A DNA stretch of 31,114 nt from a virus. Taxonomy: Duplodnaviria > Caudoviricetes. Shown here piece by piece: positions 7,968 through 17,321 of this stretch. Under the pieces are notes generated by a model. It was not told where the DNA came from. It saw nothing but the letters and a program-made list of their open reading frames with translations, and did no database searches. Location of the stretch: positions 1 through 31,114 of IMG/VR virus record IMGVR_UViG_3300032300_000079. One strand, given 5' to 3'. The position numbers were made by a program, and so were the translations under genes. The first letter of the stretch is position 1. Every line of letters begins with the position of its first letter.

Positions 7968-10900
7968 TTACTTCCTTTTGCTAATGTAATCCAACGGCGA
8001 CTTGGCCGGTGGCGGCAGTGACTTAGGATGCCCCTTGCGAGCCCGTACTCGGATTGAGTGCATCATCTCATACAACGCATCAGATCCGGCCTTCGTTGAG
8101 CCGTTTCCAAGAGCCGCTACAACGTCCGCAGGGATCACAAACTCTCCGTCAGCAAGCATCGCCGGTATGTCATCCGACTGCCCGTCTCCGGCCCCGGTAA
8201 CGGCGTCACCTCGCCTGAAATCAACCCGCATCTTCCCTGCGTGGTGTACCACATTCAGCCCACCCCCGGCAAACTTTCCATACCGGGTGGTTCCGCCTGC
8301 GGCCATCAGCGGAGTCATCAACCCCCCGGCTTTGGCTTGCTGCTCAACTTGATCTGTCTCGTCATCCAAACCAAGAATCTCATTGAGATCAGTTGGTTGA
8401 CCGTAAGAGTAATGAGAAGACTGCATTAGAGCACCCTCTGGCTGCTGTTGAGGGACATATTCATTTGATTGAACCAGTCTAGAGAACGCCTCAAGCGGAC
8501 TGACAAATCCAGATTTCCCGCCAATCACAGATGCTGCAAGAGCCCCCGCTGCTGCCGCGCTCGGAGCCGCAGAAGATGCACCAAAAGCAGAGGATCCTTG
8601 CTTTGCAGCCGGCGCAACCAACTGCATTGCTTTCTGATTGGCGCTATTGCGATTGGCTTCATCGGCGGCGGCCTGCCTAGCCTCAGCCTCTGCGGTGACT
8701 TGAGTTTGTAAATCGGTAACGCCTGATCCCAGTTCTTTTAATGCCGTCTGAGTTGCAGTTTGATAATCTTGACCTTGTTTAACCAATTCGTCAACACGAG
8801 CATTAAACTGATCTTGGACGGTATTGATATTTTGCGTTATATCAGTCTTGACATTTGCAATGTTTTGGTTTGTTTGGACTGTTGCATTGTTAATCGCTTG
8901 GTTTAAATCTATACCTTGCTGAACCTGCGCCGCAACAATGGCTTGTTGAGATTGAGACAAGGAATCAAACTTGGTCTTTACATCGCTAGAAAGATTGTTG
9001 ATTTGATTTGAAACATCAGTTTTTATCCCGCCAATTTGTTGAGCAGTAGAGGTAGCAACATTGTTAATTGCCTGATTTAAATCTATGCCTTGTTGAACTT
9101 GGGAGGCCACGATGGCCTGTTGGCCTTGAGACAAAGAGTCAAATTTAGTCTTTACATCACTGGAAAGGCTGTTGATTTGATTTGAAACATCAGTCTTTAT
9201 CCCACCAATTTGTTGGGCAGTAGAGGTAGCAACATTGTTAATTGCTTGATTTAAATCTATGCCCTGTTGAACCTGAGAGGCAACGAGATTCTGCTGGGAC
9301 TGAGACAAAGAGTCAAATTTAGTTTTAACATCGCTGGAAAGACTATTGATTTGATTTGCAACGTCTGTTTTTATCCCACCAATTTGTTGGGCAGTAGAAG
9401 CGGCAACATTGTTAATTGCCTGATTTAAACTAGCTCCTTGCTGAACTTGGGCAGCAACAATGGCTTGTTGACCTTGAGACAAAGAGTCAAATTTAGTTTT
9501 AACATCTCCGGAAAGGCTGTTAATTTGATTTGTAAAGTTTGTTTGAGCACCGGAAATTTGCTGTGCCGTAGAAGCAGCAACATTGTTAATTGCCTGATTT
9601 AAACTGGCTCCTTGCTGAACTTGTGCGGCAACAATGGCCTGTTGGCCTTGAGACAAAGAGTCAAATTTAGTTTTAACATCCCCGGAAAGGCTGTTAATTT
9701 GATTTGTAAAGTTTGTTTGAGCACCGGAAATTTGCTGTGCCGTAGAGCCCAAAACATTGTTTATTGCTTGGTTTACGTCTTGGCCCAATTTGACTTGGGA
9801 CGAAACCAAGTCTCTTTGCCCTTGGGTAAGAGAGTCAAATTTTGATGCAACATCACCAGAAAGGCCATCAATTTTGGTATTTATGCCATTCATTTGGTCG
9901 GACGTTACATTTGAGCCAGTAACCATGTTTGTTCCAGTATTTGTTGCGGCATTCGTTACCGCGTTGGTGTTCGCTCCGTTATTAACAACCGTTGACCCCG
10001 CAGCGTTAGTTGCGGCGACATTCGTTGCGGCATTGCCCAATGTATTTGTTGCGGAATTGTTCGCCGCATTGGTTGCAGCATTGACCGTTGAGTTTACTAC
10101 CGCATTGGTGCCTGCGTTTGCGCCTGTTCCTGCACTTGCAGCCGGGTTTGTTGCCGCGGTTGCGTTTTGATTGGCACTCGGCGTTAAGTTGTTTCCTGTG
10201 TTGCTGAGAGTTAATTTTGCCCCAGTAGCAGCATTAGTTGCAACATTCGCCGCAGTGTTGGTATCTGCCCCAACGGCCTTTGCCCCAGTTACTGCGCCGT
10301 TAACAGCAGCGTTCGTGTTTCCGCCAGCGTTGACCGCCCCTGTCACTGCACCGTTAACCGCGGCGTCAGTGCTGGCTCCGTTGTTGACTGCCGTGGTTAC
10401 TGCCGTATTAGTAGCCGCCGCAGGATCAACCCCGCTGTTTATCGCGGTAGCAGCGTTATTTGCTGCCGTATTGGTTGCAGCATTGGTTGCTGCGTTGTTG
10501 GCAACTGTCGCTGCGGTATTGGTATCTGCACCAACAGACGCCGCTCCATTTACTGCACCATTAACAGCCGCGTTTGGATTGGCCCCGGTGGTAACTGCCC
10601 CAGTTACTGCGCCATTGACCGCCGCGTTAGTGTTGGCTCCGTTGTTGACGGCCGTGGTCACTGCAGCGTTTGTGGCGGCATTTGGGTCCACCCCAGATGT
10701 CACCGCGTTGGCTGCGTTGTTAGCAGCGTCATTCGTAACCGCGGCATTTGCAGCGCCGGACGTAAGTGTTAGATCTGCACCAGCCGTATTTCCACCACCA
10801 ACCGGAGCGGTTGTTGCGGATGTAAGTGTTAGATTGGTATCAGTAGCACCCCCACCACCAACCGGAGCGGTTGTTGCGGCAGCTTTGCCCCCAGTATCCG

Positions 10901-13900
10901 TAACTGCTGCAACGGCGTTATTCTGACCGCCAAGCGTCTGACTGAGGGCGGTGAGGTTTACCCCGCTGGCGGGGATTCCCATCGACGATAGTACCGACTT
11001 GGTGGCATCCAGAGGGCTTGCGCCTGCTTGGATTCTTGCAGCCACCGAGTTGTCAAAAAACGTCTGGGTCGCAAACCTGCTCTCCGTTGCAGCAGCAGCC
11101 GGGCTGATAAAACTTGCAAAGGTCACTGGGTTGGCGGTAGACAAAGAACTCATGAATGCTTCAGGAGTTCCTCCGCTCTCCTCAAACCGATTCATGTCTG
11201 CGATTGTCACCGGAGTGCCGCCCGGCAACGTGGCAATCACTAGATCGTTGGAAAGCATCGACTGGGGAAGGAATTCCGCAATAGTCGGAGACGACAGCCC
11301 AAGATCACGAGAGACAGCCGTCAGAGATCCGAGCGTCTGCTTTGTTCCATTTGCAGTGGTTCCAATCACTGCGTTTGGTTTCAACGTGTTGATATCAATC
11401 AGTTTGGTACCTGAGATTGCCTCGCCGAGGGTCACATCATTGCCGTCCTTGGTCTTTCCAATAACTGCACCGAGATCACTTGCAGCAATAATTTTTGCGG
11501 TTGTTCCGCCAGCGACCATTGCAGCGGTCCACCCTTGCGCAAGGCACGATTTCAGCGGGAACGGGTCTTTGGTATCTGATGCGTACCAAGACGTAGCACA
11601 TTGAGTGACAGTCTCAAAAAACTCTCCGGCCCCTTGAGCGCCAATTGCACTACCGTACTTTGCTGCTATACCCTTAACGCCGCCGTTAATGCCTTCAAAA
11701 ACGGCTTTGAACGTGGCCTTGTCGCCAAGGTACTCAGATGGAATAGTGACCAGCGCATCTATTGCGCCTTTGTAAATACCAATAATTCTGGCTTCATTTG
11801 GCGTCTTGCCTTCTTTGAGGGCTTGGGTTTCTGCTTCTTTACCGTTGGCCCCAAATGTCTCTAAACCATCAACTACGGCAGAACCCAAGGCCCTCGCCGC
11901 CATAACAGTTGTAACAGGAGCACCAAAGAAAACACGAACCGCAACTCCAGAAGCCAAACCAGCAGCCGTTGGTGCCCCTTCTTGAACAATTTCTTGTCCA
12001 GTCTTTGCTACAAATGCAAGCGGATTTTCAAAATATTTTTTTGTTAAAAATGGGACCGCATCCAGAAAATCCATTTTTTGCGCTAATTGATCTGCGTTTT
12101 TTAAATTTTCAAGCTGTCTTGTTAGCTCAGGAAAAGTTGTGTTCTTGTCGCCCCACAACTCAATTGCCTTTCCAAGGCCTGCGTATGTCTTATCCAGCGG
12201 GGTGCCGGTAAGCATTGAATAGGAGTTTGAAAAATATTGTATCTGTTGCCCTAACCCGCTTGCTCCATATGCAAATATTGACTTTACAAAATCAATCGCA
12301 GTATTAAAAAATCCCTTTACGCTGTCCGGTAAGTATCTGCTTCCTTGAATAACAACTGTTTCAAGTTGCGGTCCAACAGCCCTTGCAATTGAATCATCAA
12401 GCAACCAATCCCTTGCATCAGACGCAATTTGAGATATAGACCCGGCCTCAGCAATTTGAGGAAGGTTTTTAATATCAAACCGGGCAGGCGTATAGGTCAA
12501 CGCGCCATTTGCGTCAACACCAATCTTGCTTTGGTCGGTGTTAAGAACCTGACTTTGAGTATCTAAGGTATTTTGTATTCCATTTAGTCTTGTGTTATAA
12601 CCATTAATTTCAGTGCTTAATTCATTAAACCTTCGCAAGGCAGGTTGGTATGTCTTGTCAAGAGCATCTAACTCCAATTTCAACCCATTGATTTTTGGAT
12701 CAATGGCTCTGATTGAATCACCCCAGCGATTTGCATTGGGATCGTTTATGTCATAATACTTTGCAAGGTAATCCCTGCGCTCTTCAATACTAGAGTTAAT
12801 TTGACCAATTAAAGCAGATCGCCTGTCTTGTATTGGCTTGAATTCTTTGTTGTAAAATTCGTTTGCTTCATTAATCTTTCCTTGCGCTTCCCTATCAAGA
12901 GCATTGAATTCACCAAGGGTTTTGTTGTATGCCGCAGCGCTCGCCACCCCGATTGGTGAGGTGGTAGTTCCCGATGCTGTGGTTGCGCCAGTTGCAAGTA
13001 CCGAGGTTGAGCCAATTGTATTGGTGGACTGCGGTTGAGCCTTCACCAAATTCTGGTAATCCGCCTCTCCGATTGGCTGCACCTGACCGTTGTCGTTTAC
13101 ATAGTATCTAACGCCTTGCTTATCGGTGTAAAATTCCGTGCCAAACATTGTGTTCTTGTCTAGCGACGAAAGTTCATCTACGGTTGGCGGTCTGTACGTT
13201 GCAGGAACAGTCTTGTTCGGATTGACTAGCGAACCAAGACCGGACATTAAACCGCTCTGAATTGCTGCCTTTTCGTTCCCGGTAGTAACGTAAGTCTGAG
13301 CAGCAACCCCAAGGGCCTTGGCCGCATCAGCCCCAAGAGTCCCAATTGTTGCGTTTGATACGCCAGCACCAGCGGCGGCCCCAAGTGCGCCCCTGAGCAT
13401 ATTGGAGACATCAACCTCGCCACCGGTAAGGGCCGTGCTTGTGGCCCCCTGAATGGCCGATGAAAGGTACGAAGCCAACGCAGGGTTTACCCCCGCAGCA
13501 GTCAACGCAGCGCCTGCTGTTAGACCTGCAGCAGATCCCCCTACGGTACCCACAAGCGCCGTAGCACCAGCAGAAAATGCAGCGCCCGGATCCCCGGTGG
13601 CTAAGTATGTAGAGGCTGTGTTGACTGCTGCCGCACCGATCCCGGTTGCAATAGCGTTAGCGCCGACAGTGATCCCGGTGGCTGCAGATATGCCAGCCGC
13701 CATTTCTCCTGCCGCCACAGCACCCGCCAATGCGTCTCCTGCCCCAAGGATGGCGTAACCGGTTTGCCCAGACCAATCAAAAACAAGACTTGCAATGGCC
13801 AGAGCCATCATAGCCTCGGCCTTCATGCCCTTCGCCCGAGCGTTGGGCTCCCGAGGTTGATTGAACGTCAGGTTTCCGTCTTTGGTTTTGTCTAGGCCAA

Positions 13901-14357
13901 AGAAGTAAGTGGCTTTGCCGTCGTCGTAAGTGGCAAACGATTGAGGAATTACTTGACCGGTAGTTTTGTTATACCATTCGTTGACGGTCTGTTCTGGAAC
14001 TTCTCTAGAGTAAAAAGACTCGTCACTGCCGCCAGACTCGGTGTAAGCAGGGATGACCTTTGGTCTCGACTCAATTTGATTTAGGTCGCTGATCCCGTAC
14101 TTCTGCGCTAACGTAGCGGCCATCGCCTTTGTTGCTACGTTCTCGGTTCCAATCTGTTTGAGAATGTTTTCAATAGCAGGAACATTTTTTGGATCAATAC
14201 CCCGGACATCTCCATAATCACCAGAAAGTTCTTGCGCCCTGAGCGCCAACTTTCCCTCTGGAGAATTCCAATACGCTACCCTTGCTTCCGCGTGCGCAGG
14301 ATCTTCGCGTTGACTTTCTTCGTACTCTCCCTCAAACGATCTTGGGTCGTAAACCAT
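7968..14357 (-). CDS. Giant (2129 aa) repeat-rich putative ejection/internal virion protein
   Basis: One open frame with a Gly/Ala hydrophobic region, a coiled coil, A/N/T-rich repeats, 58-aa repeats and a C-terminal GAGDGQSDDIPAMLADGEFV motif. Coupled to its neighbours. Confidence 0.7.
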   Translation of the reverse strand: MVYDPRSFEGEYEESQREDPAHAEARVAYWNSPEGKLALRAQELSGDYGDVRGIDPKNVPAIENILKQIGTENVATKAMAATLAQKYGISDLNQIESRPKVIPAYTESGGSDESFYSREVPEQTVNEWYNKTTGQVIPQSFATYDDGKATYFFGLDKTKDGNLTFNQPREPNARAKGMKAEAMMALAIASLVFDWSGQTGYAILGAGDALAGAVAAGEMAAGISAATGITVGANAIATGIGAAAVNTASTYLATGDPGAAFSAGATALVGTVGGSAAGLTAGAALTAAGVNPALASYLSSAIQGATSTALTGGEVDVSNMLRGALGAAAGAGVSNATIGTLGADAAKALGVAAQTYVTTGNEKAAIQSGLMSGLGSLVNPNKTVPATYRPPTVDELSSLDKNTMFGTEFYTDKQGVRYYVNDNGQVQPIGEADYQNLVKAQPQSTNTIGSTSVLATGATTASGTTTSPIGVASAAAYNKTLGEFNALDREAQGKINEANEFYNKEFKPIQDRRSALIGQINSSIEERRDYLAKYYDINDPNANRWGDSIRAIDPKINGLKLELDALDKTYQPALRRFNELSTEINGYNTRLNGIQNTLDTQSQVLNTDQSKIGVDANGALTYTPARFDIKNLPQIAEAGSISQIASDARDWLLDDSIARAVGPQLETVVIQGSRYLPDSVKGFFNTAIDFVKSIFAYGASGLGQQIQYFSNSYSMLTGTPLDKTYAGLGKAIELWGDKNTTFPELTRQLENLKNADQLAQKMDFLDAVPFLTKKYFENPLAFVAKTGQEIVQEGAPTAAGLASGVAVRVFFGAPVTTVMAARALGSAVVDGLETFGANGKEAETQALKEGKTPNEARIIGIYKGAIDALVTIPSEYLGDKATFKAVFEGINGGVKGIAAKYGSAIGAQGAGEFFETVTQCATSWYASDTKDPFPLKSCLAQGWTAAMVAGGTTAKIIAASDLGAVIGKTKDGNDVTLGEAISGTKLIDINTLKPNAVIGTTANGTKQTLGSLTAVSRDLGLSSPTIAEFLPQSMLSNDLVIATLPGGTPVTIADMNRFEESGGTPEAFMSSLSTANPVTFASFISPAAAATESRFATQTFFDNSVAARIQAGASPLDATKSVLSSMGIPASGVNLTALSQTLGGQNNAVAAVTDTGGKAAATTAPVGGGGATDTNLTLTSATTAPVGGGNTAGADLTLTSGAANAAVTNDAANNAANAVTSGVDPNAATNAAVTTAVNNGANTNAAVNGAVTGAVTTGANPNAAVNGAVNGAASVGADTNTAATVANNAATNAATNTAANNAATAINSGVDPAAATNTAVTTAVNNGASTDAAVNGAVTGAVNAGGNTNAAVNGAVTGAKAVGADTNTAANVATNAATGAKLTLSNTGNNLTPSANQNATAATNPAASAGTGANAGTNAVVNSTVNAATNAANNSATNTLGNAATNVAATNAAGSTVVNNGANTNAVTNAATNTGTNMVTGSNVTSDQMNGINTKIDGLSGDVASKFDSLTQGQRDLVSSQVKLGQDVNQAINNVLGSTAQQISGAQTNFTNQINSLSGDVKTKFDSLSQGQQAIVAAQVQQGASLNQAINNVAASTAQQISGAQTNFTNQINSLSGDVKTKFDSLSQGQQAIVAAQVQQGASLNQAINNVAASTAQQIGGIKTDVANQINSLSSDVKTKFDSLSQSQQNLVASQVQQGIDLNQAINNVATSTAQQIGGIKTDVSNQINSLSSDVKTKFDSLSQGQQAIVASQVQQGIDLNQAINNVATSTAQQIGGIKTDVSNQINNLSSDVKTKFDSLSQSQQAIVAAQVQQGIDLNQAINNATVQTNQNIANVKTDITQNINTVQDQFNARVDELVKQGQDYQTATQTALKELGSGVTDLQTQVTAEAEARQAAADEANRNSANQKAMQLVAPAAKQGSSAFGASSAAPSAAAAGALAASVIGGKSGFVSPLEAFSRLVQSNEYVPQQQPEGALMQSSHYSYGQPTDLNEILGLDDETDQVEQQAKAGGLMTPLMAAGGTTRYGKFAGGGLNVVHHAGKMRVDFRRGDAVTGAGDGQSDDIPAMLADGEFVIPADVVAALGNGSTKAGSDALYEMMHSIRVRARKGHPKSLPPPAKSPLDYISKRK
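8880..9880 (-). repeat. Six tandem 174-bp (58-aa) coding repeats
   Basis: Anchor GA(G/A)TCAAA at 8962, 9136, 9310, 9484, 9658 and 9832 (exact 174-bp period). KFDSL occurs six times in the protein. Confidence 0.95.
10220..10720 (-). repeat. Two 87-aa blocks, each built of 18-aa A/N/T/V repeats
   Basis: GVDP anchors are 261 bp apart (10425 and 10686). Units such as GVDPNAATNAAVTTAVNN, GANTNAAVNGAVTGAVTT and GANPNAAVNGAVNGAASV. Confidence 0.85.
10762..10879 (-). repeat. Two 60-bp (20-aa) direct repeats
   Basis: GTAAGTGTTAGAT...CCACCACCAACCGGAGCGGTTGTTGCGG repeated at 60-bp period (ATTAPVGGG...LTLTS twice). Confidence 0.85.
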
Positions 14358-14602
14358 TACTTCTCTCCCGCAAGTTCGCCCATCGTCCCAAGCGCCATTA
14401 GGACCATGTAGTTCTTCTCTTCGGGGAGTTCTTGGTCAGTCATGAACCCGGCTTCAATAACCACCTCACGAAACTGCTGGTAAGCCTCGTTGCTGCCGAT
14501 CGCGTCAACAGCCAACTCACCAAGCCGCTTCATTTCCGCAGCATTTAGGCCGTGCTGCTTCATGAAGTCTTTGGTTTGTTTGATCAGTTCTTTGCTTTCC
14601 AT
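14357..14602 (-). CDS. Hypothetical protein (81 aa)
   Basis: Coupled on both sides (TGATG and TAATG). Confidence 0.7.
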   Translation of the reverse strand: MESKELIKQTKDFMKQHGLNAAEMKRLGELAVDAIGSNEAYQQFREVVIEAGFMTDQELPEEKNYMVLMALGTMGELAGEK

Positions 14603-14847
14603 CAACCAACGTCCGGGTTTACCGATCCGAGCAGAGCCGCAGCCCAGTCGTACCAGTTGTCAAAGTTGTCAGTGTGCGGGATGGCTTCGTTAGAGAAAAC
14701 GTCAATTGCATTGATGCCGTTCCCCCAAGTCTTCCAATCCGTAAATTGAGTCGGAATCTCTAACTGCTGCGCCGCGTACTGCTCACACATCAGCGCAGCC
14801 CAAGACTCAAACGTATGATACCGAGGATCGTAGACCAGCGCCGGCAT
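14602..14847 (-). CDS. Hypothetical virion-associated protein (81 aa, Trp-rich)
   Basis: Directly follows the nozzle gene with TGATG coupling. Confidence 0.7.
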   Translation of the reverse strand: MPALVYDPRYHTFESWAALMCEQYAAQQLEIPTQFTDWKTWGNGINAIDVFSNEAIPHTDNFDNWYDWAAALLGSVNPDVG

Positions 14848-17321
14848 CAGTACGGCCTCACATCACCAATCGCTGCGCTTAATAGAAGCCTGCCAAGTTG
14901 GTAGTCGCCGCCAACTACGTTTGATCTAAATTGCAACCTCAACTCCCGGCGCTGCTCCCTCATGTCAACCTTGCCGGTGTTTGGTCCAAACGTGTACGGA
15001 TCAGAATCAACGTCCTGACTCTGAGCAAACGGCCGGCCAGTCACCACCACCGTCATATCCCCAGATTGGATGAAGTCAGGTTCAATCCGCTCTAGCCTCA
15101 GCCAACGGTTTTCTCCGACCATCGTTGTTTCAGGAGGACCACCCCCAACCCAGCCAATGTCGCTGGTCTCAAAGTACGAGTCAATCGCAAAGACGTTCTG
15201 GCCAACAATTGCATCAGTCCCAACCTCGTGCTGGTACATTGCAATCAAGTCGGGCGGAGTGCTGAACGTCAGATCTTGAGTACCGCTCCCGGAAGCAGCC
15301 GTTGAAAGCGTGATGGTCTGGGCATATATTGCCGTAACCGGGATAGAGAACCCTGCGCCGGTCCCGCCAAGGTTGGTATTGGACGCGCTCAGAGTGTTAC
15401 CAATCACATAGCCAGCCCCGCGCAGGGTGATCGTTACCGTAGTCACCGCCCCGCCAGAAACAACCACCGTAGCCGTCGCGTTGGCCCCGCTTCCGCCAGT
15501 TAATGGTACGTTGGTGTACGTCCCATTGGTGTAGCCAGACCCGCCGGTAACCGCTCCCAGCGTCTGAATTGCGCTCGACGTTACGGCACTGACCGTTGAC
15601 CCCGTGACGATGTTGGTGCCAGACACAACCTGCCCAATCTCAACCTGAGTGTTGAACGTCGCAAGATTGATGTACACGCTTGCATTCACCGTGGTCATCG
15701 ACTGCGTGAAGACCGCTACCGCGTCAGTGACATCCCACCCAGCCATTACCGGATGAGCCAAAACCTGCGAGAAGTACCCTGCAGACCTACGCGCTCCCAA
15801 AGCCTCGCCAGCGTCGTACCAGACGTTCTCGCGCACGTTGTAGATGATGGCGTCCGTACATTCAGTTGCATCACCGCGGGGGTAAAACCACCAGATCTCT
15901 CCGTAACGCGGAATCTTTGTTACCCAAACTTTCTGGCGCTGGTTGTAGTTCAGGTTGTCAAAAAAGTAATTCTGATTGAACGTATTCGGAATCTCTTTGA
16001 CCGTGCCGTTGTAGAGCAGGAATCGGTCAACGCCGCACCAGTAGTAGACTCCGTCATACTCAATTGCGGATTGGCTTGATAGGATCGACGATTGACTCGA
16101 AATGATGTCATAACGCCAGTATTGAGGTGGGTTTCCAGTACCACCGATATACGACACGCGAATTAGACTATCAAGGCTCCAGAACAGCCCAGAAGGAGCG
16201 TTTGAGCCGCCCCTGACGGGCAACCCTTGGACGATCTTTCCTGTGGCCACGTTGACCTCATTGGCGTCCGTAGAGACCCAATCCTGCGCATTCCCTGCAG
16301 CGCAGTTCCTAATCAATCCGTTGTTACCGTAAACGAAAACGTAAGGGTGCAGAGTAACCACGCCACCAGATACCGACACGTTGTTGTTGAACGTCAGCGT
16401 TGAGATCCCGCTCGTGGTAGCGGCCGCAGACAACGTCACCTTCTGATAGTTACCAATCGTAAACACCAATCCAGTCGTCGTTCCCGCAGTCGTTACAATC
16501 GCGGCCCCGCCAGACGTAGCCGACAATTGAAACGTCGTTGAGAAGTTGGTGGCGATGATGTAGTACGTTACGCCGGACGTGATGCCCGTAGCAGTACCAG
16601 TATTAGTTCCGGTGACCGAAACCGTTTGCCCAACAAATAAACCTGACGTGCTCGTACAAGAACACTGACCCGCAATCCCCGTCACCGCAACCGCGGCCAA
16701 TGCGCCGTTAGCCAGCGCTACAGACGATACCGTTGTGCTGGCCGGAATGCCCGTTCCCGTAACCGACTGCCCAGCACCAATCAGAGCATTGGTCGTTGGA
16801 ATGGTGACCTCGGTCGTGCTATTCAGGTACGAAGTTGTGTTTTGAAATGTCCCAATCTGAAAAAACGTCGTGCCGTTGATGTCACCAATCCGCACCGGCG
16901 TGTTGGTAATTGCGTCAATCTGCGCAAGGTTCTGTCCGGGGTGCGCTAGAACCGAAGCAACCCCAGATCCGCCCACGTCGTAGAAACCATCAAACTGCCA
17001 AAGGTTTAAGTCGCTGGAGGTGAAGTTGCTTAAGGTGTAGTTGGTTACCCCCGCTCCCACCCCGTTGTTGTCAACCGAAAGCGACTGCAAGCCGTTGTTG
17101 TACCCACTGAAGATCTGGTTGAACCCGTTGTTCGGATTCACCCAAACCCCTCGGGATGGCCCAGTCAATTGGTCAGATATGGCTGCATATCCGCCAACCT
17201 TCCGGGGCCGGCCACGTTGAAACCGAACCCAGCGGCCTCCGGTGTAAAAGTCTTTGTCAAACGTAGTGCCGTCGCGCTGGACGCCGGGCTTTGTGTCTAA
17301 CTGAAAAACCTTAGCGGTCAT
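14847..17321 (-). CDS. Tail nozzle / DNA stabilization protein (P22 gp10 / tubular protein B-like) with inserted beta-rich domains
   Basis: PGVQRDGT...VRFQRGRPRKVGG N-terminus, YYWCG..RFLLYNG and GEIWWFYP...IYN..ENVWY beta-propeller-like motifs. Position between adaptor and ejection genes. Confidence 0.7.
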   Translation of the reverse strand: MTAKVFQLDTKPGVQRDGTTFDKDFYTGGRWVRFQRGRPRKVGGYAAISDQLTGPSRGVWVNPNNGFNQIFSGYNNGLQSLSVDNNGVGAGVTNYTLSNFTSSDLNLWQFDGFYDVGGSGVASVLAHPGQNLAQIDAITNTPVRIGDINGTTFFQIGTFQNTTSYLNSTTEVTIPTTNALIGAGQSVTGTGIPASTTVSSVALANGALAAVAVTGIAGQCSCTSTSGLFVGQTVSVTGTNTGTATGITSGVTYYIIATNFSTTFQLSATSGGAAIVTTAGTTTGLVFTIGNYQKVTLSAAATTSGISTLTFNNNVSVSGGVVTLHPYVFVYGNNGLIRNCAAGNAQDWVSTDANEVNVATGKIVQGLPVRGGSNAPSGLFWSLDSLIRVSYIGGTGNPPQYWRYDIISSQSSILSSQSAIEYDGVYYWCGVDRFLLYNGTVKEIPNTFNQNYFFDNLNYNQRQKVWVTKIPRYGEIWWFYPRGDATECTDAIIYNVRENVWYDAGEALGARRSAGYFSQVLAHPVMAGWDVTDAVAVFTQSMTTVNASVYINLATFNTQVEIGQVVSGTNIVTGSTVSAVTSSAIQTLGAVTGGSGYTNGTYTNVPLTGGSGANATATVVVSGGAVTTVTITLRGAGYVIGNTLSASNTNLGGTGAGFSIPVTAIYAQTITLSTAASGSGTQDLTFSTPPDLIAMYQHEVGTDAIVGQNVFAIDSYFETSDIGWVGGGPPETTMVGENRWLRLERIEPDFIQSGDMTVVVTGRPFAQSQDVDSDPYTFGPNTGKVDMREQRRELRLQFRSNVVGGDYQLGRLLLSAAIGDVRPY

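Noticed and set aside
8880-9880. Tandem repeats as a CRISPR array
   Set aside because: Units are contiguous, in-frame 174-bp coding repeats with no unique spacers, and no cas genes are present.
9757-11864. Long plus-strand ORFs (9757..10170, 10171..10926, 10951..11604, 11601..11864)
   Set aside because: Antisense shadows of the Ala/Thr/Asn-rich giant gene, with no RBS and no recognisable motifs.
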